In this document: one piece after another, positions 1-11,450 of the stretch
How positions within the stretch are numbered: the first letter of the stretch is position 1
Layout: the number at the start of each line of letters is the position of its first letter
Origin: Camelus dromedarius
Taxonomy: Eukaryota
DNA: 64,000 nt
NCBI RefSeq assembly: GCF_036321535.1
Contig: NC_087436.1
Span: 3,906,001-3,970,000 of the forward strand
Direction of reading: 5' to 3'
Position numbers and translations under genes: made by a program
The notes under the pieces: generated by a model
The model's input: only the letters and a program-made list of their open reading frames with translations
Told to the model about the DNA's origin: nothing
Database searches by the model: none

Positions 1-1339
1 AACTTTGTGTTCCCAACAAGCTAGGTGAAGAACGGCTTTCACACACAATTATCTCTCAGAACTGAGCATGTGGAGAGACGTTCGTTCATCTAGCACAAAG
101 GAACGTGTTGCAGGAGAAACTTTTACTCTGGTTTCTCAGTCTGTTTCCTAGTGCCTGTCTGAAGTTCCTGCAGTTTTCACTGTAAAACCGAGTTGGAGCT
201 AGTACTTCCCCGTATACATGTATGGAGTGGAGTTTGCAACTGAAAAGAAATTTTGTATTCCCAACAAGCTATGTGAAATACGGCTTTCACACACACTTAT
301 CTGTCAGAAATTAGCGTATGGAGAGACATTCGTTCATCTAGCAAAAAGGGAACTGGTTGCAGGAGAAACTTTTACTCTGGTTTCTCAGTCTGTTTCGTAG
401 TTCCGGTTTTAAATTCCTGCACTTTTCACTGTAAAACCGAGTTGGAGCTAGTACCTCCCCATATATATCTATGGAGACGAGTTTGCAAATAAAAAAAACT
501 TTGTGTTCCCAACAAGCTAGATGAAGGACCGCTTTCACACACACATATATCTCAGAACTGAGCATGTGGAGAGACGTTCGTTCATCTATCACAATGGGAA
601 CTGGTTGCAGGAGAAACTTTTACTCTGTTTCCTCAGTATGTTTCCTCGTACCTGTTTGAAAGTCCTGCAGTTTTCACTGTTAAACCGAGTTTGAGTTAGT
701 ACCTCCCCATATATGTGTATGGAGTGGAGTTTGCAACTGAAAAGAATCTTGTGTTCCTAACAAGCTTGGTTAAGGACGGCTTTCACACACACTTATCTCT
801 CAGAACTGAGCATGTGGAGAGACGTTAGTTCATCTAACACAAAGGGACCAGGTGCAGTAGAAACTTTTACTCTGGTTTTTCAGTCTGTTTCCTCGTGCCG
901 GTTTGAAGTACCTGCATTTCTCACTGTAAAACCGATTTGGAGCTAGTTCCTCCCCATATATATGTATGGAGTGAAGTTTGCAACTGAAAATAAACTTTGT
1001 GTTCCCAACAAGCTGTTTGAAGTACGGCTTTCACACACAATTACCTCTCAGAACTGAGCATGTGGAGAGACTTTCGTTCATCTAGCACAAAGGGAACGGG
1101 TTGCAGGAGGAACTTTTACTCTGGTTTCTCAGTCTGTTTCCTAGTGCCGTTTAGAAGTTCCTGCAGTTTTCACTGTAAAACCGAGTTGGAGCTAGTACCT
1201 CTCCATATATATGTATGGATTGGAATTTGTAACTTAAAAGAAATTTTGTATTCCCAACAAACTAGATGAAGGAAGGCTTTCACACACACTTATTCCTCAT
1301 AACTGAGCATGAGGAGAGACGTTCGTTCATCTAGCACAA

Positions 1340-4300
1340 AGGGAACTGGTTGCAGGAGAAACTTTTACTCTGGTTTCTCAGTCTGTTTCCTAGTGCCGGT
1401 TTGAAGTTCCTCCAGTTTTCACTGTAAAACGGTGTTGGAGATAGTACCTCCCCGTATATATGTATGGAGTGGACTTGGAAACTGAAAATAAACTTTGTGT
1501 TCCCAACAAGCTAGGTGAAGGAATGCTTTCACACACACTTATTTCTCAGAACTGAGCATGTGGAGAGACTTTCGTTCATCTAGCACAAACTTAAGGGGTT
1601 GCAGGAGAAACTTTAACTCTATTTCCTCAGTCTGTTTCCTAGTGCCGGATTGAAGTTCTTGCAGATATTTCTGTAAAACCGAGTTGGAGCTAGTACCTCC
1701 CCATATATATGTATGGAGTGGAGTTTGCATCTGAAAAGAATCTTTGTGTTCCCAACAAGCTAGTTGAAGAACAGCTTTCACAAACAATTTTTCTCAGAAC
1801 TGAGCATGTGGAGGGACATTCGTTCATCTAGCACAAACTTAACTGGTTGCAGGAGAAACTTTAACTCTATTTACTCAGTCTGTTTCCTAGTGCCGGATTG
1901 AAGTTCTTGCAGATATTTCTGTAAAACCGAGTTGGAGCTAGTACCTCCCCATATATATGTAAGGAGTGGAGTTTGCAACTGGAAAGAAACTTTGTTTTCC
2001 CAACAAGCTAGATGAAGGACGGCTTTCACACACACTTATCTCTCAGAACTGAGCATGTGGAGAGACGTTCGTTCATCTAGCACAAAGGGAACGGTTTGCA
2101 GGGGAACTTTTACTGTGGTATCTCAGTGTGTTTCCTAGTGCCGTTTTGAAGTTCCTGCAGTATTCACTGTTACCGAGTTGGAGCTGGTACCACCCCATAT
2201 ATATGTATGGATTGGAGATTGCAACTGGAAAGAAACTTTGTTTTCCCAACAAGCTAGATGAAGGACGGCTTTCACACACACTTATCTCTCAGAACTGAGC
2301 ATGTGGAGAGACGTTCGTTCATCTAGCAAAAAAGGAACGGGTTGCAGCATAAACATTTACTGTAGTCTCTCAGTCTGTTTCCTATTGCCGGTTTGAAGTT
2401 CCTGCAGTTTTCACTGTAAAACAGATTTGGAGCTAGTACCTCCCCATATATATGTATGGAGAAGGGTTTGGAACAGAAAAGTAACTTTGTGTTCCCAAAA
2501 TCTAGGTGAAGGACGGCTTTCACACACACTTATCTCTCAGAACTGAGCATGTGGAGAGACGTTCGTTCATCTAGCACAAAGGGAACGGTTTGCAGGAGGA
2601 AATATTACTCTGGTTTCTCAGTCTGTTTCCTAGTGCCTGTTTGAAGTTCCTGCAGTTTTCACTGTAAAACCGAGTTGGAGCTAGTACTTCCCCATATATA
2701 TTAATGGAGTGGAGTTTGCAACTGAAAAGAAATTTTGTATTCCCAACAAGTTAGATGAAGGACCGCTTTCACACACACGTATTTCTCAGAACTGAGCATG
2801 TGGAGAGACGTTCGTTCATCTAGCACAGTGGGAACTGGTTGCAGGAGAAACTTTTACTCTGGTTCCTCAGTATGTTTCCTCGTACCGGTTTGAAAGTCCT
2901 GCAGTTTTCACTGTTAAACCGAGTTTGAGTTAGTACCTCCCCATATATGTGTATGGAGTGGAGTTTGCAACTTAAAAGAATCTTTGTGTTCCTAACAAGC
3001 TTGGTTAAGGACGGCTTTCACACACACTTATCTCTCAGAACTGAGCATGTGGAGAGACGTTAGTTCATCTACCACAAAGGGACCAGTTGCAGTAGAAACT
3101 TTTACTCTGGTTTCTCAGTCTGTTTCCTCGTGCCGGTTTGAAGTACCTGCAGTTCTCACTGTAAAACCGAGTTGGAGCTTGTACCTCCCCAAATATATTT
3201 ATGGAGTGGAGTTTGCAACTGAAAAGAAACTATGTGTTCCCAACAAGCTAGTTGAAGGACGGCTTTCACACACACTTATCCCTCAGAAATGAGCATGTGG
3301 AGAGACGTTCGTTCATCTAGCAAAAAGTGAACTGTTTGCAGGAGAAACTTTTCCTCTGGTTTCTGAGACTTTTTCCTAGTGCCGTTTTGAATTTCATGCA
3401 TTTTTCACTGTAAAATCGAGTTGGAGCTAGTACTTCCCCATATATATGTATGTAGTGAATTTTGCACCTGAAAAGATACTTTCTGTTTCCAACAATCAAA
3501 GTGAAGGACGGTTTCACCCACACTGATCTCTCAGAACTGAGCATGTGGAGAGATGTTCGTTCATCTAGCACCAAGGGAACGGGATGCAGGAGAAACTTTT
3601 ACTCTGGTTTCTCCGTCTGTTTCCTAGTGCCGGTTTGAAGTTCCTCCAGTTTTCACTGTAAAACGGGGTTGGAGATAGTACCTCCCCGTATATATGTATG
3701 GTGTGGACTTGGAAACTGAAAATAAACTTTGTGTTCCCAACAAGCTAGGTGAAGGAATGCTTTCACACACACTTATTTCTCAGAACTGAGCATGTGGAGG
3801 GACATTCGTTCATCTAGCACAAACTTAACGGGTTGCAGGAGAAACTTTAACTCTATTACCTCAGTCTGTTTCCTAGTGCCGGATTGAAGTTCTTGCAGAT
3901 ATTTCTGTAAAACCGAGTTGGAGCTAGTACCTCCCCATATATATGTATGGAGTGGAGTTTGCAACTGAAAAGAATCTTTGTGTTCCCAACAAGCTAGTTG
4001 AAGAACAGCTTTCACAAACAATTTTTCTCAGAACTGAGCATGTGGAGGGACATTCGTTCATCTAGCACAAACTTAACGGGTTGCAGGAGAAACTTTAACT
4101 CTATTTACTCAGTCTGTTTCCTAGTGCCGGATTGAAGTTCTTGCAGATATTTCTGTAAAACCGAGTTGGAGCTAGTACCTCCCCATATATATGTAAGGAG
4201 TGGAGTTTGCAACTGGAAAGAAACTTTGTTTTCCCAACAAGCTAGATGAAGAACGGCTTTCACACACACTTATCTCTCAGAACTGAGCATGTGGAGAGAC

Positions 4301-5810
4301 GTTCGTTCATCTAGCACAAAGGGAACGGTTTGCAGGGGAACTTTTACTGTGGTATCACAGTGTGTTTCCTAGTGCCGTTTTGAAGTTCCTGCAGTATTCA
4401 CTGTTACCGAGTTGGAGCTGGTACCACCCCATATATATGTATGGAGAAGGGTTTGGAACAGAAAAGTAACTTTGTGTTCCCAAAATCTAGGTGAAGGACG
4501 GCTTTCACACACACTTATCTCTCAGAACTGAGCATGTGGAGAGACGTTCGTTCATCTAGCACAAAGGGAACGGTTTGCAGGAGGAAATATTACTCTGGTT
4601 TCACAGTCTGTTTCCTAGTGCCTGTTTAAAGTTCCTGCAGTTTTCACTGTAAAACAGAGTTGGAGCTAGTACTTCCCCATATATATTAATGGAGTGGAGT
4701 TTGCAACTGAAAAGAAATTTTGTATTCCCATCAAGCTAGGTGAAGGAAGGCTTTCAAACACAATTATTTCTCAGAACTGAGCATGAGGAGAGACGTTCGT
4801 TCATCTAGCAACAAGGGAACGGGTTGCAGGAGAAACATTTACTCTGGGTTCTCAGTCTGTTTCCTAGTGCCGGTTTGAAGTACCTGCAGTTCTCACTGTA
4901 AAACCGAGTTGGAGCTAGTACCTCCCCATATATATCTATGGAGAGGAGTTTGCAAATAAAAGAAACTTTGTGTTCCCAACAAGCTAGATGAAGGACCGCT
5001 TTCACACACACGTATTTCTCAGAACTGAGCATGTGGAGAGACGTTCGTTCATCTAGAACTGTGGGAACTGGTTGCAGGAGAAACTTTTACCCTGGTTCCT
5101 CAGTATGTTTCCTCGTACCGGTTTGAAAGTCCTGCAGTTTTCACTGTTAAACCGAGTTTGAGTTAGTACCTCCCCATATATGTGTATGGAGTGGAGTTTG
5201 CATCTTAAAAGAATCTTTGTGTTCCTAACAAGCTTGGTTAAGGACGGCTTTCACACATACTTATCTCTCAGAACTGAGCATGTTTAGAGACGTTAGTTCA
5301 TCTACCACAAAGGGACCAGTTGCAGTAGAAACTTTTACTCTGGTTTCTCAGTCTGTTTCCTCGTGCCGGTTTGAAGTACCTGCAGTTCTCACTGTAAAAC
5401 CGAGTTGGAGCTTGTACCTCCCCAAATATATTTATGGAGTGGAGTTTGCAACTGAAAAGAAACTATGTGTTCCCAACAAGCTAGTTGAGGGACGGCTTTC
5501 ACACACACTTATCCCTCAGAAATGAGCATGTGGAGAGACGTTCGTTCATCTAGCACAAAGTGAACTGTTTGCAGGAGAAACTTTTCCTCTGGTTTCTGAG
5601 ACTTTTTCCTAGTGCCGTTTTGAATTTCATGCATTTTTCACTGTAAAATCGAGTTGGAGCTAGTACTTCCCCATATATATGTATGGAGTGAATTTTGCAC
5701 CTGAAAAGATACTTTCTGTTTCCAACAATCAAGGTGAAGGACGGTTTCACACACACTGATCTCTCAGAACTGAGCATGTGGAGAGATGTTCGTTCATCTA
5801 GCACCAAGGG
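1340..5810 (+). repeat. Tandem duplication with a ~2233 bp period (9 monomers), 2 copies
   Basis: Near-identical ORF pairs at 1539/3773 (offset 2234), 3047/5280 and 3317/5550 (offset 2233). Diagnostic monomers appear in the same order (GGAGATAGT, AAACTTAA x2, GGGGAAC, GAAAGTCC, ACCACAAAGGGACC, AAGTGAACT). Confidence 0.9.
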
Positions 5811-5849
5811 AACGGGATGCAGGAGAAACTTTTACTCTGGTTTCTCAGT

Positions 5850-8800
5850 CTGTTTCCTAGTGCCAGTTTGATGATCCTGCAGTTTTCACTGTAAAAGAGT
5901 GTTGGAGCTAGTTCCTCCCCATATATATGTATGGAGTGAAGTTTGCAACTGAAAATAAATTTTCTGTTCCCAACAAGCTGGGTGAAGTACGGCTTTCACA
6001 CACAATTATCTCTCAGAACTGAGCATGTGGAGAGACGTTCATTCATCTAGCAAAAATGGAACGCGTTGCAGGAGAAACTTTTACTCTGGTTTCTCAGTCA
6101 GTTTCCTAGTGCCGCTTTGAAGTTCCTGCAGTTTTCACTGTAAAACCGAGATGGAGCTAGTACCTCCCCTTATATATGTATGGAGTGGAGTTTGCAACTG
6201 AAAAGAAACTTTGTGTTCCCAACAAGCAAAGTGAAGGACGGCTTTCACACACAGTTATCTCTCAGAACTGAGCATGTGGAGAGACGTTCGTTCATCTAGC
6301 ACAAAGGGAAAGGGTTGCAGGGGAAACTTTTACTCGGGATTCTCAGTCTCTTTCCTAGTGCCGGTTTGAAGTTACTGCAGTTTTAACTGTAAAACTGAGT
6401 TGGAGCTAGTACCTCCCCATATATATGTATGGAGTGGATTTTGCAACTGAAAAGAAACTTTGTGTTCCCAAGAAGCTAGGTGAAGGACGGCTTTCACACA
6501 CACTTATCTCTTAGAACTGAGCATGTTAGAGACGTTCGTTCATCTAGCACAAAGGGAACGGGTTGCAGGAGAAACTTTTATTCTGGTTTCTCAGTCTGTT
6601 TAATACTGCCGGATTGATGTTCCTGCAGTTTTCACTGTAAAACCGATTTGGAGCTAGTACCTACCCATATATATATATGGATTGGTGTTTGCAAGTGAAA
6701 AGAAACTTTGTGTTCCCAACAAGCTATGTGAAGGACGGCTTTCACACACACTTATCTCTCAGAACTGAGTATGTGGAGAGACGTTCGTTCATCTAGCTCA
6801 AAGGGAACGGGTTGCAGGAGAAACTTTTACTCTGGTTTCTCAGTCTGTTTCCTAGTGCCTGTTTGAAGTTCCTGCAGTTTTCACTGTAAAACCGATTTGG
6901 AGCTTGTACCTCCCCATATATATGTATGGAGTGGAGTTTGCAAATGAAAAGAAACTTTGTGTTCCGAACAAGTTAAGTGAAGGACGGCTTTCACACACAC
7001 ATATCTCTAAGAACTGAGCATGTGGAGAGACGTTCGTTCATCTAGCACAAAGGGAACGGTTTGCAGGAGAAATTTTTACTCTGATTTCTCTGTCTGTTTC
7101 CTACTGCCGGTGAAGTTCCTGCAGTTTTCACTGTAAAACTGAGTTGGAGCTAGTACCTCCGCATATATAAGTATGGGGTGGAATTTGCAAGTGAAAAGAA
7201 ACTTTGTGTTCCCAACAAGTTAGGTGAAGGACGTCTTTCACACACACTTATTTCTCAGAACTTAGCATGTGGAGAGACGTTCGTTCATCTAGAACAAAGG
7301 GAACGGGTTGCAGGAGAAATTTTACTCTGGTTTCTCAGTCTGTTTCCTGTTGCCGGTTTGATGTTCTTGCAGTTTTCACTGTAAACCGAGTTGGAGCTAG
7401 TACTTCCCCATATATATATATGGATTTGAGTTTGCAACTGAAAAGAAACTTTGTGTTCCCCACAAGCTAGGTGAAGGAAGGCTTTCACTCACACTTAACT
7501 CTCAGAACTGAGCATGTGGAGAGACGTTCATTCATCTAGCAAAAAGGGAACGATTTGCAGGAGAAAATTTTATTCTGGTTTATCAGTCTGTTTCCGAGGC
7601 CCGGTTTGAAGTTCCTGCAGTTTTCACTGTAAACCGAGTTGAAGCTATTTCCTCCCCATATATATGTATGGAGTGGTGTTTGCAACTAAAAAGTAACTTT
7701 GTGTTCCCAACAAGCTAGGTGAAGGACGGCTTTCACACGCAATTATCTCTCAGAACTGAGCATGTGGAGAGACGTTCGTTCATCTAGCACAAAGGGAACG
7801 GGTTGCAGGAGAAACTTTTACTCTGGTTTCTCAGTCTGTTTCCTTGGCCCAGTTTGAAGTTCCTGCAGTTTTCAATGTAAACCGAGTTGGAGCTAGTTCC
7901 TCCCCATATATATGTATGGAGTGGAGTTTGCAACTGTAAAGAAACTTTGTGTTCCCAACAAGCTAGTTTAAGTACGGCTTTCACACACACTTATATCTCA
8001 GAACTGAGCATGTGGAGAGACGTTCGTTCATCTAGCACAAAGGGAACGTGTTGCAGGAGAAACTTTTACTCTGATTTCTCAGTCTGTTTCCTAGTGCCGG
8101 TTTGAAGTTCCTGCAGTTTTCACTATAAAACCGAGTTGGAGCTAGTACCTCCCCATATATATGTATGGAGTGGATTTTGCAACTGAAAAGAAACTTTGTG
8201 TTCCCAACAAGCTAGGTGAAGGACGGCTTTCACACACACTTATCTCTCAGAACTGAGCATGTGGAGAGACTTTCGTTCATCTAGCACAAAGTGAACGGTT
8301 TGCAGGGGAAACTTTTACTCTGGTTTCTCAGTCTCTTTCCTGTTGCCGGTTTGATGTTCCTGCAGTTTTCACTGTAAAACCGAGTTGGAGCTAGTACATC
8401 CCCATATATATGTATGGATTTGAGTTTGCAACTGAAAAGAAACTTTGGGTTCCCAAGAAGCTAGGTGAAGGACGGCTTTCACACACACTTATCTCTCAGA
8501 ACTGAGCATGTGGAGAGAAGTTCGTTCATCTAGCATAAGGGAAAGTGTTGCAGGAGAAAATTTTACTCTGGTTTCTCAATTATTTTCCTAGTGCCGGTTT
8601 GAAGTTCCTGCAGTATTCACTGTAAAACAGAGTTGGATCTAGTACCTCCCCATATATATGTATGGAGTGGAGTTTGCATGTGAAAAGAAACTTTGTGTTC
8701 CCAACAAGCTTTGTGAAGGGCGGCTTTCACACACACTTCTCTTAGAAATGAGCATGTGGAGAGATGTTCGTTCATCCAGCACAAAGGGAACGGGTTGCAG

Positions 8801-11450
8801 GAGAAACTATTACTCTGGTTTCTCAGTCTGTTTCCTAGTGCCGGTTTGAAGTTCCTGCAGTTTTCACTGTAAAACCGAGTTGGAGCTAGTACCTCCCCAT
8901 ATATATGTATGGAGTGGATTTGGCAACTGAAAACAACTTTGTGTTCCCAACAAGGTAGTTGAAGGCGGCTTTCACACACATTTATCTCTCAGAACTAAGC
9001 ATGTGGAGAGACGTTCGTTCATCTAGCACAAAGGGAACGGGTTGCAGGAGAAAATTTTACTCTGGTTTCTCAGTCTGTTTCCTAGTGCCGGTTTGAAGTT
9101 CCTGCAGTTTTCACTGTAAAACCGAGTTGGAGCTAGTACCTCCCCATATATATGTATGGAGTAGAATTTGCAAGTGAAAGAAACTGTGTACTCCAAACAA
9201 GCTAGGTGAATTACGGCTTTCAAAAACACATATCTCTCAGAACTGAGCATGTGGAGAGACGTTCGTTCATCTAGCACAAAGGGAACGGGTTGCAGGAGAA
9301 ACTTTTACTCTGGTTTCTCAGTCTGTTTCCTGTTGCCGGTTTGATGTTCCTGCAGTTTTCACTGTAAATCCGAATTGGTGCTCGTACATCCCCATATAGA
9401 TATATGGATTGGAGTTTGCAACTGAAAAGAAACTTTGTGTTCCCAACAAGCTAGGTGAAGGACGGCTTTCAAACACACTTATCTCTCAGAACTGAGCATG
9501 TGGAGAGACGTTCATTCATCTAGCAAAAAGGGAACGGTTTGAAGGAGAAACTTTTACTCTGGATTCTCAGTCTGTTTATAATGCCGGATTGAAGTTCCTG
9601 CAGTTTTCACTGTAAAACCGATTTGGTGCTACTACATCCTCATATATATCTATGGAGTGTAGTTTGCAACTGAAAGGAAAATTTGTGTTCCCAACAAGCT
9701 AGGTGAAGGACGGCTTTCAGACACACTTATCTCTCAGAACTGAGCATGTGGAGAGACGTTCGTTCATCTAGCACAAAGGGAACGGGTTGCAGGGGAAACT
9801 TTTACTCTGGTTTCTCAATCTTTTTCCTAGTGCCGGTTTGAAGTTCCTGCAGTTTTCACTGTAAAACAAGGTTGGATCTAGTACCTCGCCATAAATATGT
9901 ATGGATTGGAGTTTGCATGTGAAAAGAAACTTTGTGTTCCCAACAAGCTTGGTGAAGTACGGCTTTCACACACACTTATCTCTTAGAAATGAGCATGTGG
10001 AGAGACGTTCGTTCATCTAGCACAAAGGGAACGGGTTGCAGGAGGAACATTTACTCTGTTTTCAAGTCTGTTTCCTAGTGCCGTTTTGAAGTTCCTGCAG
10101 TTTTCACTGTAAAACCGAGTTGGAGCTAGTACCTCCCCATATATCAGTATGGAGTGGAATTTGCAACTGAAAAGAAGCTTTGTGTTCCCATCAAGCTAAG
10201 TGAAGGACGGCTTTAACACACACTTATCTCTTAGGACTGAGCATGTGGAGAGACGTTCGTTCATCAAGCACAAATGGAACGGGTTGCAGGAGAAACTATT
10301 ACTCTGGTTTCTCAGTCTGTTTCCTAGTGCCGGTTTAAAGTTCCTGCAGTTTTCACTGTAAAACCGAGTTGGAGCTAGAACCTCCCAATATATATGTATG
10401 GAGTGGATTTTGCAACTGAAAAGAAACTTTGTGTTCCCAACAAGCTATGTGAAGGTTGGCTTTCACACACACTAATCTCTCAGAACTAAGCATGTGGAGA
10501 GACGTTCTTTCATCTAGCACATAGGGAACGTGTTTCAGGAGAAACTTTTACTCTGGTTTCTCAGTCTGTTTCCTAGTGCCGGTTTGAAGTTCCTGCAGTT
10601 TTCACTGTCAAACAGAGTTGGAGCTAGTACCTCCCCATATATATTTATGGAGTGGATTTTGCAACTGAAAAGAATCTTTGTGTTCCCAAGAAGCTAGATG
10701 AAGGACGGCTTTCACACACACTTATATCTAAGAACTGAGCATGTGGAGAGACGTTCGTTCATCTAGCACAAAGGGAACGGGTTGCAGGAGAAACTTTTAC
10801 TCTGGTTTCTCAGTCTGTTTCCTGTTGACGGTTTGATGTTCCTGCAGTTTTCACTGTAAAACCGATTTGGAGCTAGTACATCCCCATATATATATATGGA
10901 GTGGAGTTTGCAACTGAAAATAAACTTTGTGTTCCCAACAAGCTAGGTGAAGGACGGCTTTCACACACTTTTCTCTCAGAACAGAGCATGAGGAGAGACG
11001 TTCTTTCATCTAGCACAAAAGGAACGGGTTGCAGCATAAAGATATACTGTAGTTTCTCAGTTTGTTTCCTATTTGGTATGAAGTTCCTGCAGTTTTCACT
11101 GTAAAACATATTTGGAGCTAGTTCCTCCCCATATATATGTATGGACTGGAGTTTGCAACTGAAAAGAAACTTTTTGTTCCCAAAAAGCTAGGTGAAGAAC
11201 GGCTTTCACACACACTTATCTCTCAGAACTGAGAACGTGGAGAGACGTTTGTTCATCTAGAACCAAGGGAACGGGTTGCATTAGAAACTTTTACTCTGGT
11301 TTCTCAGTCTGATCCCTAGTGCCGGTTTGATGATGATGCATTTTTCACTCTTAAACCGAGTTGGACATAGAAACACACCATACATATGTATGGAGTGGAG
11401 TTTGCTACTGAAAAGGAGCTTTGTGTTCCCAACAAGCTAGGTGAAAGACG
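5850..11450 (+). repeat. Domain of near-consensus monomers with private mutations and only degenerate higher-order periodicity
   Basis: ORFs here have no near-identical partners elsewhere, and most diagnostic HOR monomers are absent. The variant CCTGTTG(C/A)CGGTTTGATG occurs at 7348, 8341, 9331 and 10823. Confidence 0.7.

Noticed and set aside
1..249. Resemblance to primate alpha satellite (TCTCAGAA, AAACTTT, TTGCAA words)
   Set aside because: Only short words match. The monomer is 249 bp rather than ~171 bp and I see no collinear similarity; a Dfam/Repbase/BLAST search is needed to name the family.
1..249. Tandem 5S rRNA, tRNA or snRNA gene array
   Set aside because: No recognisable 5S, tRNA cloverleaf or snRNA sequence, and variation is spread across the unit instead of a conserved gene plus variable spacer. 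An Rfam cmscan would settle it.
9759..9787. CENP-B-box-like halves TTCG...CGGG
   Set aside because: The canonical box has 7 nt between TTCG and CGGG; here they are 20 nt apart.
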